Part shown: positions 7,123-15,910 of the stretch, piece by piece
Layout: each line of letters opens with the position of its first letter
Numbering within the stretch: the stretch's first letter is position 1
Virus genome (UHGV): UHGV-0175271
Length of the DNA stretch: 20,061 nucleotides
Direction: 5' to 3' (one strand)
From: a virus
The notes under the pieces: generated by a model
Databases searched by the model: none
What the model was told of the DNA's origin: nothing
The model's input: the letters and a program-made list of their open reading frames with translations, nothing else
Program-made: the position numbers and the translations under genes

Positions 7123-8696
7123 TATGCGAGTCTCACTATGTAGTTAAATGCAATGTTCTTAACGGTCGTTTCTGCGTTACCCGACGCGGCGACGGTAATG
7201 GTGTGATTGTGTGCGCCAATGGCTACGGTATGAGAGTGAGCGCCAATACCTACGGTGTGATTGTGTGCGCCAATGCCTACTGTATGTGCGTGGTTTCCTG
7301 CTGAACTGGTATTTACGGTATATGCAGTACCACTTCCGCCTGCTGATCTGGCTATTCCTGAACCATCAGTGCCTCGCGTGGTAAAACCGTGTGCGTGCGC
7401 CCCTGTCGTATTTGTCGTTTTTGTGCCGTGGTCAAACGTACTCGCCGTTTTAGTACCGTAATCAAATGAGGATGTTGATTTCGTTCCCAAATCAGTACTG
7501 GATGCACTCGCAGTGTGGGCATGGGATTTATTGCCATCATCTTCAAAGGACAATACTGCGCGGCCATCTGGTTTCCCTTTGATTGTCTGGCGGCGCATAT
7601 CAGGAAGAACTCCCGATGGGTATGCAATAGCCAGTTGCGGGCAAGCCACTGGATCAAACGCCTGTCCTTGCATGATTGCGTGACGCGCCGGTGGAATATC
7701 TCTCGGCCAGGGAAGTGGCACCCCAACAGGTACAACATCACTAATGCTTAAAACCGCCAGTTCACCCAGTTCAAGATTTTTTCTGGCTTTAGCCTTGTCA
7801 TTGATATCGGCAAGGTTTGCATCCTTACGCAAAAAATCGCTGCTGGCCTGCTGTTCTCCCAGGCTACCTTTTGGCCGTAAATCCGTGATGTTGCCATCCA
7901 CATCAATGCTGGCCACAGCAAACACATAATGCTGAACCCCGTTCTGAACGTAGTCAGAAAGATTTGCAGCCACCGTGATTTTGTTCTGCACATTCCAGAC
8001 ACTGGTCAGTGTCCCTGTCCAGCACACATCCAGCCAGACTTTTACCGGCTTTGTCGTCACCGTAATATTCTGATTCGCAGCCAGTGACGCACGAAGTCCA
8101 GCCACATACCCCGTGCCTTTCGTGACAAAAAACTGATTGCCGGCCTTCCCGACCAGATAACCGCTACCAAAAAACGCCGCCGCGCCATAAATATCAATAT
8201 TTTCCAGGCGCTGGCGTTCATCCATTCCTGCCATACGCGCGGTGAAATCAATCTGCCAGGTTTCTGCCGGCGTATTGATGCCGGTTTCAGTCTGTGCGCC
8301 GTTATATTCCATCAGGAAAGAACGGGTCAGGACGTTCCCCTGCTGCCCTTCTGCAGTTTTCAGCTTCTGCTGAACAGGCGCATGAACAATCATCGCCAGC
8401 GTGCCGCTGGCCTTGTTAATCAGGCCGATCCAGTTAAACGAAAAATCGCCCACATCCGCGCCCAGCACAACGGAATGCACCACGGCATTCTCATTCACCA
8501 CACCTTTACGGCTGACCGCCTGCCGGTGAACAATCTGCGCGGCCGGTGGCAGTGTCTCGCTGCGATCAACGGGTTGTTCGGGGTTCAGCCCCGGTACGTT
8601 CGCAAAAACAAACTCGTCCAGCAGAACAGGTTCGCCAGTGGCACCCTGCAGCGCCTTCCACTGTTCAAACGCCAGTGTGATAGCTGTCTGTGACAT
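7122..8696 (-). CDS. Tail fiber protein (mosaic: P2 gpH-like N-terminal collar domain, His-box repeat C-terminal tip)
   Basis: 524-aa ORF with a GGGAGA SD. The N-terminal ~150 aa resemble the P2 gpH tail-collar domain ([19 protein letters not shown] region). The C-terminus carries four tandem HxHTVxIGA nonamers and ends ...[11 protein letters not shown], as in Stf/gp37-type receptor-binding tips. Confidence 0.85.
   Translation of the reverse strand: MSQTAITLAFEQWKALQGATGEPVLLDEFVFANVPGLNPEQPVDRSETLPPAAQIVHRQAVSRKGVVNENAVVHSVVLGADVGDFSFNWIGLINKASGTLAMIVHAPVQQKLKTAEGQQGNVLTRSFLMEYNGAQTETGINTPAETWQIDFTARMAGMDERQRLENIDIYGAAAFFGSGYLVGKAGNQFFVTKGTGYVAGLRASLAANQNITVTTKPVKVWLDVCWTGTLTSVWNVQNKITVAANLSDYVQNGVQHYVFAVASIDVDGNITDLRPKGSLGEQQASSDFLRKDANLADINDKAKARKNLELGELAVLSISDVVPVGVPLPWPRDIPPARHAIMQGQAFDPVACPQLAIAYPSGVLPDMRRQTIKGKPDGRAVLSFEDDGNKSHAHTASASSTDLGTKSTSSFDYGTKTASTFDHGTKTTNTTGAHAHGFTTRGTDGSGIARSAGGSGTAYTVNTSSAGNHAHTVGIGAHNHTVGIGAHSHTVAIGAHNHTITVAASGNAETTVKNIAFNYIVRLA
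7185..7292. repeat. 4 x 27-bp imperfect tandem repeat inside the tail fiber gene (encodes the HxHTVxIGA units)
   Basis: Units at 7185-7211, 7212-7238, 7239-7265 and 7266-7292 translate on the minus strand to [27 protein letters not shown] and HAHTVGIGA. Confidence 0.85.
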
Positions 8697-8705
8697 AAAA
8701 TCTCC

Positions 8706-9293
8706 CTATAAACCCGCGCTGAACGTCGCGCTGTCTGTTTCCGTACTGTTTAACGCTGCCGGATACGCCACATATTCCCCCTGATCCCATCCCGCCCGGA
8801 TAGCCAGGCTTTCAGACGTGATCACCTCAAACTGATAACGGCGGCATGTTCGCCCGTACTGCCGGATTATCTGGATCAGCAACTGCGTGTTGTCCGCAAT
8901 CTGGCTGTCTGTCACGCGAACCAGTATCACGTCCCAGTCGATCCCCGGCTGGCGTTCCTGCAGCTCAACGTATCCAATTCCCAGCCGTTCAAAGATGTTG
9001 ATAAACCCCTCAACGGAACCGGCATCCCGCGCATTGACAAAGGCATATGCCACGCGCTTACGGAACAATGCCAGCGGTTCACCGTCAAAGCGGGTGATAT
9101 CCCGGTCATACGCCAGCAGGTTCAGTAATGCCGGCGTACACGTCAGCGGATCGAACTGATTCACTGGCCACGTTACCCAGCCGTAAACCTCAGCCCAGAA
9201 CCGCCGCGCCGTTTTCAGCAACTTGGCCGGCTCCCCTTTGTTCATCCAGGAAGGAAGCATCATCCCGGCCAGCTTTTTCAGGAACTCACTCAT
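8706..9293 (-). CDS. Baseplate protein (P2 gpI / Mu gp48-like position)
   Basis: ATG at 9293 overlaps the stop of the J-like gene by 8 nt; the track start at 9299 is a TTG. 195 aa, between baseplate J and the tail fiber as in P2/Mu. Assignment by synteny, not direct similarity. Confidence 0.55.
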   Translation of the reverse strand: MSEFLKKLAGMMLPSWMNKGEPAKLLKTARRFWAEVYGWVTWPVNQFDPLTCTPALLNLLAYDRDITRFDGEPLALFRKRVAYAFVNARDAGSVEGFINIFERLGIGYVELQERQPGIDWDVILVRVTDSQIADNTQLLIQIIRQYGRTCRRYQFEVITSESLAIRAGWDQGEYVAYPAALNSTETDSATFSAGL

Positions 9294-10470
9294 TTTCAAT
9301 ACCCACCGTTAACGATTTCAGGCGTGGCACACTCAGTTCGCTGGTGATGTCGCCCAGCGAAAAAGACAGTGATTCCGTCTGCGCAAATGCCTTATGGATC
9401 TCCCGCCCCAGTTGGGAAAAGGAAAACCGCGAATATGGCCACGTCTTCCTGACGTCATAATCAGCATTCTCACGAAAGGCACAGCGGATCATGTTTTCCA
9501 CCCCGTCTTTCAGGGTTTTCCTGTCCTCAACGCTGAAATTGGCCAGATTTTTGACATAAACCGTAACGGACAGATCATGAAGCGTTTCCGGCATGGGATA
9601 GCACTGCATATCATCACCGTGGCCGTGATGCCCCTGCGTGTTGATATAATCATTGACGGCATCCACGAACGGCGAAGAGGCCACCCCGCTGTCCAGCAAC
9701 AGATACGCGTTGGCGGTACCGGGTCCCCTCGGCGCTTCATGCTCAAAGAAAATCCGGTCAATACTCAGCCCCGCAACGCCGGCAATCATCGACCGGTAAA
9801 CGGCGTCAGTATGGTAATTCCCTACCAGATTGAACTGATTGCGGCAGCGTTCACGCAGTTCGTCGTCGCTTTCCTCATCCGCGCCCGGTACAGTCAGCCA
9901 GTTTTCTTCGCTGGCCACGTGGCTGATACCGTCAACGGCCACCGGCAGAATGCGGTAATATCCCGGCGCAAGGTTATATGCGCCCCCGGTGCCAGTGGCT
10001 TTCACCGGCAGTAATGCGCTGGCCGCACCGGAAGCGATCACCACATCCTCAGTGGTGGCCAGCTCGTACACACGGCCGTTAATGCGCTCTGTCTGGATAA
10101 CCGTCCCGGCTTTCACCGTCACCACACCTTTTGCATCTTCTTTGAAGAAGCGGATCACTCCCTGTGCAGCACTCGCCGGTTTTGCCGTGACGTTCACCGC
10201 CCAGGCCAGCAGACGCAACATGCTCCCGCTGGCCGTGGCCACAAACATGTTGGCCAGCACAGTGAACACCAGAACATCTTTCAGCCACATCACTGGCGCG
10301 GTCACAATGGCCGTAATCAACCGCCAGAACGGCGACATGCGTGACGTATTGGTGATGATGCCCTCCTCATCCGCAATCGCATTAAAGCGATCGCGAACCT
10401 CAGATTCCGTCACCGGCATCCCGCTGGCTTTCACCACTTCTTCAAAATCTACCTGGGGCTTTTCCGTCAT
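9286..10470 (-). CDS. Baseplate J-like protein (P2 gpJ / Mu gp47 family)
   Basis: ATG at 10470 forms an ATGA overlap with the upstream gene's stop, so I prefer it to the track start at 10524. 394 aa with a J-family-like acidic ...ESDDELRERCRNQF... segment, positioned between gp25-like and gpI-like genes. Confidence 0.7.
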   Translation of the reverse strand: MTEKPQVDFEEVVKASGMPVTESEVRDRFNAIADEEGIITNTSRMSPFWRLITAIVTAPVMWLKDVLVFTVLANMFVATASGSMLRLLAWAVNVTAKPASAAQGVIRFFKEDAKGVVTVKAGTVIQTERINGRVYELATTEDVVIASGAASALLPVKATGTGGAYNLAPGYYRILPVAVDGISHVASEENWLTVPGADEESDDELRERCRNQFNLVGNYHTDAVYRSMIAGVAGLSIDRIFFEHEAPRGPGTANAYLLLDSGVASSPFVDAVNDYINTQGHHGHGDDMQCYPMPETLHDLSVTVYVKNLANFSVEDRKTLKDGVENMIRCAFRENADYDVRKTWPYSRFSFSQLGREIHKAFAQTESLSFSLGDITSELSVPRLKSLTVGIENE

Positions 10471-10796
10471 AAGTCCACCTGATATGAAAGCGTGCCAAAA
10501 TCGTATGTGCTCGCGGTCACCCACAACCGTTTCTGGCTTTCTTCACTGATTTCCACCGTTCCCGGCACAATGCGCTCATCGTTTTCAACCAGTAATTCCA
10601 GTTGTGTAAAAATATCTGCCCTCAGTGTCGGACTGCGTTCCGCAATTAATTGCGTGGCTAATCCGCTCTCAATAATGGCGTGAATAATGTCCTGCCCGAT
10701 ACTTTTTCGGTTATTACATAACTCAGGCTCATTACCGGCATTTAATGAGAAGTCACCGCTCTCAATAAGCAGGTCAATATAAAGGGCTTCACTCAT
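10467..10796 (-). CDS. Baseplate wedge protein, gp25 / GPW-like
   Basis: 109-aa ORF with a 4-nt overlap to the tape measure stop. Size and C-terminal pattern (DERIVPGTVEISEES...TASTYDFGTLSYQV) fit the small gp25/W-like wedge subunit. Confidence 0.55.
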   Translation of the reverse strand: MSEALYIDLLIESGDFSLNAGNEPELCNNRKSIGQDIIHAIIESGLATQLIAERSPTLRADIFTQLELLVENDERIVPGTVEISEESQKRLWVTASTYDFGTLSYQVDL

Positions 10797-12760
10797 GCAC
10801 CCAGCTCCTGATATTCCATTAACTTACCGGGCGACATCATTTCAGTTGGATAAATATTCACAGTATCAATTCTTCGGCTGTTATCCGTTACTGACTTAGA
10901 ATTACTGCTTATCGTTTTACTGATACCGCCTTTATCAACGCCTTTTAATTCACTGCCAGTAGAAAGGGTATTTGTTGTCAGTGCCGGTTGAGATTCGTTC
11001 GCCAGTGAAATATCGACGCCCGGAATTTTATTGAGCTTTCCGACAATCCAGTTCCACGACTTCAGGAACCCGCCTTTGATGGTCTGCCAGACGTTATCAA
11101 AAAGGGAGACAATCCCGCTGGCCATCCCGCTTAATGCCTGTGACGGGGAAAACCCGGTCAGCAGCGCAATAAAGCTGTTCCAGCCATCCGTGATCCATTG
11201 CCACGCAGCGGAGAACACGCCTGCGAGCCATTCCACCACACCAGCCACGGCGGTAAACGCCGCCGTATTCATCACCGCCGCTTTCACATCATCCCAGTGT
11301 TTAATCAGCAGATAACACCCGGCTGCCAGCAGAGCAATCGCCCCGATAACCAGCAGAACCGGCCAGCTCATCAGGTTGATGCCAATACCGGCCATAATCG
11401 CCGCCATGCGCACGGCCAGCAGCGTACCCCGCAGGAATTTCAGCGTCAGGTTCCACGCTACGACAGCCTTTGAGGCAACCCAGACTGTGGCCGCGTAAAT
11501 CTTCGTGACCAGCGTCAGGGCGCTCCAGAGTCCCTTCAGACCCACCAGGATAAATTTTGAGACGCCCATGACAATATTTGTCACCGCGCCCGCTGCCGCC
11601 ACGCCAAAGAGCGCAAGCTGCACGTAACCAGTCACCCGCGCAATGTTGGGAAACATCTGCATCCAGCGGCCGAACGTCTGCCCCATATCGGCCAGGCGGT
11701 TCAGTACCGGGTACAGAACCGGGATCAACGTCAGTCCGATCACCGTCTGAATGGCTTTGAGGATTTGTACAAAGCGATCCCACGGCTTGACCAGCTTCCC
11801 GGCCATCTCCTGTGTACGTTTCAGCCCGTCAGAGCCGCCCAGTTCGGTGATATTACGCTGCAGTAACGCCACATTGCCGTACAGGTGCTTTATCACCGCC
11901 GAACTGTCACCAAAGGCTGCATCCAGCTCCGCCTGGGCTTTCAGGTTCCCTTCCAGACTTTTGCCGTATTTGCCCTGCAGCTTGATCAGCATTTCAGGCA
12001 TGGACAGCATTTTGCCGGTGGAGTCAGTGAAGGACAGCCCCAGCTTTTTAGCTCCCTCCATCGCGCCGGTCATGAAACCTTCGTAAGCGCTGCTGGCTTC
12101 TGTCCCCAGCGTACGGTTGAGCTGTCCCAGCACCGCCAGCTGTTCATCCAGTCCGACGCCGTAGTTGGTACCAACACCCCGCGCCCCTTCCATCAGGTCT
12201 TTGATAGTCCCCATTTCAGTACCGAAGACCTTGCGCATATACACCATTTTCCCCGCCAGCTGCTCGGCGAACTGGACTTTACCCAGCCGCGCCGCATCGG
12301 CGGAAAAGTTACCGTACATCTGCCCCATGAACTCCGCCGTGTCGGCGGATGTGGATTTCAGGGCAAATGCCAGCGTATTAGCGACCTTCGTCACTTTCGG
12401 CAGCTCGCTGGCGGTAAGGCCGGCAATGGAAGCGTTAATGTTCTCTGTGGATTTGACGAACTCCACCGCGCTGGCACCCCAGGTCATGCTGAACCGGAGC
12501 GCATCACGCTGTACGGTCTTTAATGCCTGATTATCAATCCCTTTTGCGGCGGCATCATTCAGCGCGTCGTACATTTCGATAGCCGGCGATAACGCGCCTT
12601 TTATGGCCATCCCCGTACCGGCCAGCCCCAGCACGCCGCCGCCAATCTGCGAAAAGGCCGCTTTTGATTTTTCCGCAAAGCCGGTGACGCTGCCCTGCGC
12701 CTGTTTTAACGGGCGCGTCAGCTTATCAATCAGGCTTAATGTAAAATCTAACTGTTTCAT
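10793..12760 (-). CDS. Tail tape measure protein
   Basis: 655-aa ORF, Ala/Gly/Leu-rich with long helical segments and a central hydrophobic block, directly downstream of the frameshifting chaperone gene. Confidence 0.85.
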   Translation of the reverse strand: MKQLDFTLSLIDKLTRPLKQAQGSVTGFAEKSKAAFSQIGGGVLGLAGTGMAIKGALSPAIEMYDALNDAAAKGIDNQALKTVQRDALRFSMTWGASAVEFVKSTENINASIAGLTASELPKVTKVANTLAFALKSTSADTAEFMGQMYGNFSADAARLGKVQFAEQLAGKMVYMRKVFGTEMGTIKDLMEGARGVGTNYGVGLDEQLAVLGQLNRTLGTEASSAYEGFMTGAMEGAKKLGLSFTDSTGKMLSMPEMLIKLQGKYGKSLEGNLKAQAELDAAFGDSSAVIKHLYGNVALLQRNITELGGSDGLKRTQEMAGKLVKPWDRFVQILKAIQTVIGLTLIPVLYPVLNRLADMGQTFGRWMQMFPNIARVTGYVQLALFGVAAAGAVTNIVMGVSKFILVGLKGLWSALTLVTKIYAATVWVASKAVVAWNLTLKFLRGTLLAVRMAAIMAGIGINLMSWPVLLVIGAIALLAAGCYLLIKHWDDVKAAVMNTAAFTAVAGVVEWLAGVFSAAWQWITDGWNSFIALLTGFSPSQALSGMASGIVSLFDNVWQTIKGGFLKSWNWIVGKLNKIPGVDISLANESQPALTTNTLSTGSELKGVDKGGISKTISSNSKSVTDNSRRIDTVNIYPTEMMSPGKLMEYQELGA

Positions 12761-13205
12761 TCCGTGCCTTTAAATGCAGTGCTGATTCCGTTAGCAACCG
12801 CTATTCGCATATTTTCCCAGTGGCGATTATCCAGCCAGATAGCAGCGGATATATCATCCACGGAATCCTGACCGTGTGGTAAATAATGGCGACGCAAAAT
12901 TAAATACTGTTCGAGTCCGTTCTGTTCAATTGCCCGGACTCGTTTTGTCAGTTTTTTACTTCAATTTCCAGCTCTGGCGCATAAAGCTCATTCACTTTTC
13001 CGGCAAGCTGGAGCGCTGCACCCGGACGTTTCAGAATGTCTTCCAGCGCTTCTTTACTTTCCGTTGCCACAATGCGTACAAGATAATTGTGCGCGGGTGC
13101 CACTTTATTATCCATCGCCATTTCGTTGATGAACTTATTATAAGCGGTCTGATTCGGTTCAAAGGTAATTTCTTTTTTGCATACAACCAGATTAATTTTT
13201 TCCAT
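12757..13205 (-). CDS. Tail assembly chaperone -1 frameshift fusion product (E+E' / G-T type)
   Basis: From the slippery heptamer the -1 frame stays open for 64 codons with no stop (I read every codon) and ends at a TGA at 12759-12757 that overlaps the tape measure ATG at 12760-12758. Confidence 0.65.
12948..13205 (-). CDS. Tail assembly chaperone, short zero-frame product
   Basis: 85-aa acidic ORF immediately upstream of the tape measure gene, ending ...GAA GTA AAA AAC TGA. Confidence 0.7.
   Translation of the reverse strand: MEKINLVVCKKEITFEPNQTAYNKFINEMAMDNKVAPAHNYLVRIVATESKEALEDILKRPGAALQLAGKVNELYAPELEIEVKN
12951..12957 (-). promoter_or_regulatory. Programmed -1 ribosomal frameshift slippery heptamer A_AAA_AAC
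   Basis: Minus-strand AAAAAAC spans the last two sense codons (AAA AAC) of the chaperone ORF, directly before its TGA stop. Confidence 0.65.
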
Positions 13206-13491
13206 AAATAACTTTCTCTCTTAAATTAATTTCATCAACAAGCGCGTTATGCCGTGCAGCACACTGCCCGTATAACTCCAGATAAAGTGTCAGTAATTCC
13301 GCCGCGTCTTTTCCCTGCGTTCCACTCAGGCGCGGCAGCAGCGTGGCGCATTTAGTTTTCAGGTTTTCCTGATAACGTACGTTCGGTACTGGTGACGGCG
13401 TCGTTGTACATGCGGACAAAGTCATCAGACAGACACTTATTGGTAAATACCGGCTTAACCACTTCCGTGCGGATTTCACGCGGTGGCGCAT
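13192..13491 (-). CDS. o-spanin (outer-membrane lipoprotein, Rz1-like), overlapped architecture
   Basis: 99-aa ORF that starts in a different frame inside the 3' part of the i-spanin gene and extends past it. Basic n-region, hydrophobic core and lipobox L-S-A-C (MTLSAC), followed by a Pro/Thr-rich segment. Confidence 0.65.
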   Translation of the reverse strand: MRHRVKSARKWLSRYLPISVCLMTLSACTTTPSPVPNVRYQENLKTKCATLLPRLSGTQGKDAAELLTLYLELYGQCAARHNALVDEINLREKVIYGKN

Positions 13492-13684
13492 TTTTCAGTG
13501 CCTCCAGTTTGTCTTCCAGCCGGCGACCGGATGAACCGGCAATTTCAGCCAGTTGTTCCCCGGTCGCGGTGACCGCTTTTGAGACAGTCAGATCAACACT
13601 GTCCCGCTGCCAGCCGGCCGTTTTCCAGCCGGCTATAAATGCCAGAGCAAGGGTGAATAACCAGCCTGACACGACGCGATCCAT
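13352..13684 (-). CDS. i-spanin (Rz-like, N-terminal TM anchor)
   Basis: 110-aa ORF whose ATG overlaps the endolysin stop (TGATG). N-terminal TM segment (WLFTLALAFIAGW) followed by a charged, helical periplasmic domain. Confidence 0.65.
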   Translation of the reverse strand: MDRVVSGWLFTLALAFIAGWKTAGWQRDSVDLTVSKAVTATGEQLAEIAGSSGRRLEDKLEALKNAPPREIRTEVVKPVFTNKCLSDDFVRMYNDAVTSTERTLSGKPEN

Positions 13685-14025
13685 CAGCGCACCCCGTTAT
13701 GTTCCAGGCTGAAATGATTACCATCAGGGCGGGATTTGAAGCGACCGCCCCATGAACCACCCAGCGATTCCCAGTATTCGCCCAGCGGCAGATACGCCGC
13801 GCTGTTGGTCTGATACTGGCCATTAATGAACAGATTGAAGTCCACGGCCAGACGCTGCGTGTGCAGACTATTGGAAATGCCGCTGCCTTTTTTCGCGTTC
13901 ATTGCAGCCTGTTCCGGGGTACGGTAAGCCTCACCAAACGTCAGTCGGTAGCCATGTTCTTCAGCCCACTGGATCAGATTTGCCACCATAACGGTAAAGA
14001 GTTGCTGTTTTTCGCTCAGAGTCAT
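13684..14025 (-). CDS. Endolysin, peptidase M15 family (L-alanyl-D-glutamate endopeptidase type)
   Basis: 113-aa ORF with the zinc-ligand pattern H-x6-D (SLHTQRLAVD) and a downstream H (DGNHF) typical of small M15 phage endolysins. Its start overlaps the holin stop. Confidence 0.7.
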   Translation of the reverse strand: MTLSEKQQLFTVMVANLIQWAEEHGYRLTFGEAYRTPEQAAMNAKKGSGISNSLHTQRLAVDFNLFINGQYQTNSAAYLPLGEYWESLGGSWGGRFKSRPDGNHFSLEHNGVR

Positions 14026-14318
14026 TTCCCTGTCCCTTTATCAAAAATCCCTGTAAAACCCCGCTTACGCAGCCAGGCTTCCACCGCATTCTGCCCCAGA
14101 ATACCCAGCGCGGAGCCAAATCCGGCCAGCGCGAGCGGATGAATATCCGGGACAAAGTACAGCGCCACCCCGGCAATCAGTGACAGCCCGCTGCCCACAA
14201 TGACACGCCCCGCCACCAGACGAAGGGTGATCGGTTCATCACTGTTAAGCAATTTACCCAGCGCAATCAGCGCCCCCATGACTGCCAGTGCAATGAACCC
14301 CTTTTCGTACTCCTGCAT
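14022..14318 (-). CDS. Holin
   Basis: 98-aa ORF with three predicted TM segments and a charged C-terminus (RKRGFTGIFDKGTGK), immediately upstream of and overlapping the endolysin gene. Confidence 0.65.
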   Translation of the reverse strand: MQEYEKGFIALAVMGALIALGKLLNSDEPITLRLVAGRVIVGSGLSLIAGVALYFVPDIHPLALAGFGSALGILGQNAVEAWLRKRGFTGIFDKGTGK

Positions 14319-14330
14319 CCCTGCTGCCTC

Positions 14331-14786
14331 TTATCCAATCAGGTTTTCCGTGGCTTCCGCTTCCAGATACGGCACACCGTTGATGTTGACGAACTTCGGA
14401 CTTGTCACGAAGTATTTGATTTTATGCGTGGACACACTGCCACCCTTCGGATCACCATCCAGAACGCTGTTGAGCTGCAGCTTGTTACCAAAGGTTTCCA
14501 CCTTCATTTCTTCTCTGCCGGCTTTGGCGTAAAAAAGGAAGTCAACCGGAGGAATGCCACGCCATGACCCCGCTGAACGGGCTTTGGCTGTCAGAACCTG
14601 CAGCACTTTGGAACTGACTTCAATTTCACCCTCGGCGGCAACATCACCGTCCACATACCCGTCAGGGACACCGCGCGTCTGTGCCGCCGCGCTGTTATCG
14701 GTGATATCCAGCGAAATTTTTTCAATGTGGATCAGGTCGCCGTCCAGATAGATGTCAAAGGACATCCCTGAAATACGTTTGGTCAT
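14331..14786 (-). CDS. Tail tube protein (FII-like position)
   Basis: 151-aa ORF with an ATGA overlap to the sheath gene stop. Assigned from the sheath, tube, chaperone, tape measure order; no direct similarity to P2 FII. Confidence 0.6.
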   Translation of the reverse strand: MTKRISGMSFDIYLDGDLIHIEKISLDITDNSAAAQTRGVPDGYVDGDVAAEGEIEVSSKVLQVLTAKARSAGSWRGIPPVDFLFYAKAGREEMKVETFGNKLQLNSVLDGDPKGGSVSTHKIKYFVTSPKFVNINGVPYLEAEATENLIG

Positions 14787-15910
14787 GCGCTGGCCTCCAG
14801 ACTTGCATCCAGTAACAGACTGATGGTGAGCTGCAGCGGTACTTCATACGTACGCACCACAATGTAAATATCCACCGCCTTTTTGTTCTTCCAGACAATG
14901 GTCACGTCACCGTCCTGTGGGGGTTTCACCTCGCCCGGAAATGACACGCCGTTAATGCTGGCCGCAGTGGACATTTCCCGCAACGGACGGGCAAACAGCG
15001 TCTGGTGTGCGGCAATACTGCCCGGTGTACTGTTAAGTGAGCGATCGGCAATCTTACCGATGGCCAGCAGACGGACGCGGCGTGCTGCCTTATCCACAAT
15101 ACGCAGCGTCTCGATGGACTGGTAATCACCGCCCTCAACGTCCAGCGTGCGCCCGTCAGCCCAGTAAAAGCCGTCATAGTCCGGATACCACATCGGCACG
15201 CTGTAGCGTTGAGCTTCCAGCGCCTGAAGGGTCGCCAGTTCCAGCGTTTCGCCGGCACCGTCTTTCGGCAGTTCATCGCTTCCCAGACTCAGCAACGCGC
15301 CTGTTTTCACCCGCGCCGGACTGTCGGCGATGGTGACCGCACGGTTGCAGAGACGGCCGGCCAGCACGCCCGGTTCATTCCCCCAGAGACGGGGTACCAG
15401 CTGTACCGCTTTTTCCGCGATACCTTCCTGAAGGGTGGACAGACGCACCAGATAATCCGCCTGGGCTTCATCCTGCTGCACCCCCTGAACCGCCAGAATG
15501 AACCACACCCAGCGCCCATATTTAGCAATCAGTTCAGATCGCAGCGTTGCCGCCTGGTTAATCTGCGCTTTCGCGGCCACATCATCAGACAGCACCACAC
15601 CTTCCACCGAACAGGAGACCTGTGCGGCCTTAACGGCCTCCACCCATGCCCCCGGCTCACTGTCTGCGGCCAGCACATGAACAAATCCCCACCAGTTCTG
15701 GCCGGCGTTCGCCAGTGCGGCCAGCACATCACTTTTTAACGGGCTGTCACCCTCGCCCAGCAGCGCATCAAAATCACTCTGTGCGTTAACTGCCAGCGTC
15801 TTACCTACATTTTTGGTTCCCGTACCGATAAACAGCAGCGTGCGCTCCACTTCCGTGGTTTCACCCAGCAGCTGATTTACCTGGTTTACGGTCACAATTG
15901 GCCAGGTCAT
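14783..15910 (-). CDS. Tail sheath protein (FI-like position)
   Basis: 375-aa ORF, ATGA-coupled to the flanking genes and directly upstream of the tube gene; the baseplate J gene downstream implies a contractile tail. Assigned by synteny. Confidence 0.6.
   Translation of the reverse strand: MTWPIVTVNQVNQLLGETTEVERTLLFIGTGTKNVGKTLAVNAQSDFDALLGEGDSPLKSDVLAALANAGQNWWGFVHVLAADSEPGAWVEAVKAAQVSCSVEGVVLSDDVAAKAQINQAATLRSELIAKYGRWVWFILAVQGVQQDEAQADYLVRLSTLQEGIAEKAVQLVPRLWGNEPGVLAGRLCNRAVTIADSPARVKTGALLSLGSDELPKDGAGETLELATLQALEAQRYSVPMWYPDYDGFYWADGRTLDVEGGDYQSIETLRIVDKAARRVRLLAIGKIADRSLNSTPGSIAAHQTLFARPLREMSTAASINGVSFPGEVKPPQDGDVTIVWKNKKAVDIYIVVRTYEVPLQLTISLLLDASLEASA

Noticed and set aside
6535-8696. 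Invertible tail-fiber segment (Mu G-segment or shufflon-like switch)
   Set aside because: No inverted duplicate of the fiber C-terminus or assembly gene, no flanking inverted crossover sites, and no invertase gene anywhere in the window; the downstream genes are co-oriented and translationally coupled.
9394-10549. Long plus-strand ORFs (206 and 186 aa) antisense to the baseplate J gene
   Set aside because: They lie entirely inside a well-supported, translationally coupled minus-strand gene in GC-rich DNA where spurious antisense ORFs are expected; no RBS or recognisable protein features.
11031-12530. Several plus-strand ORFs (up to 212 aa) antisense to the tape measure gene, Arg/His/Pro-rich
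   Set aside because: Composition is typical of out-of-frame translation of GC-rich coding DNA; fully embedded in the tape measure gene.
15037-15739. Plus-strand ORFs (99-176 aa) antisense to the sheath gene
   Set aside because: Same reasoning: embedded antisense ORFs with biased composition and no start context.
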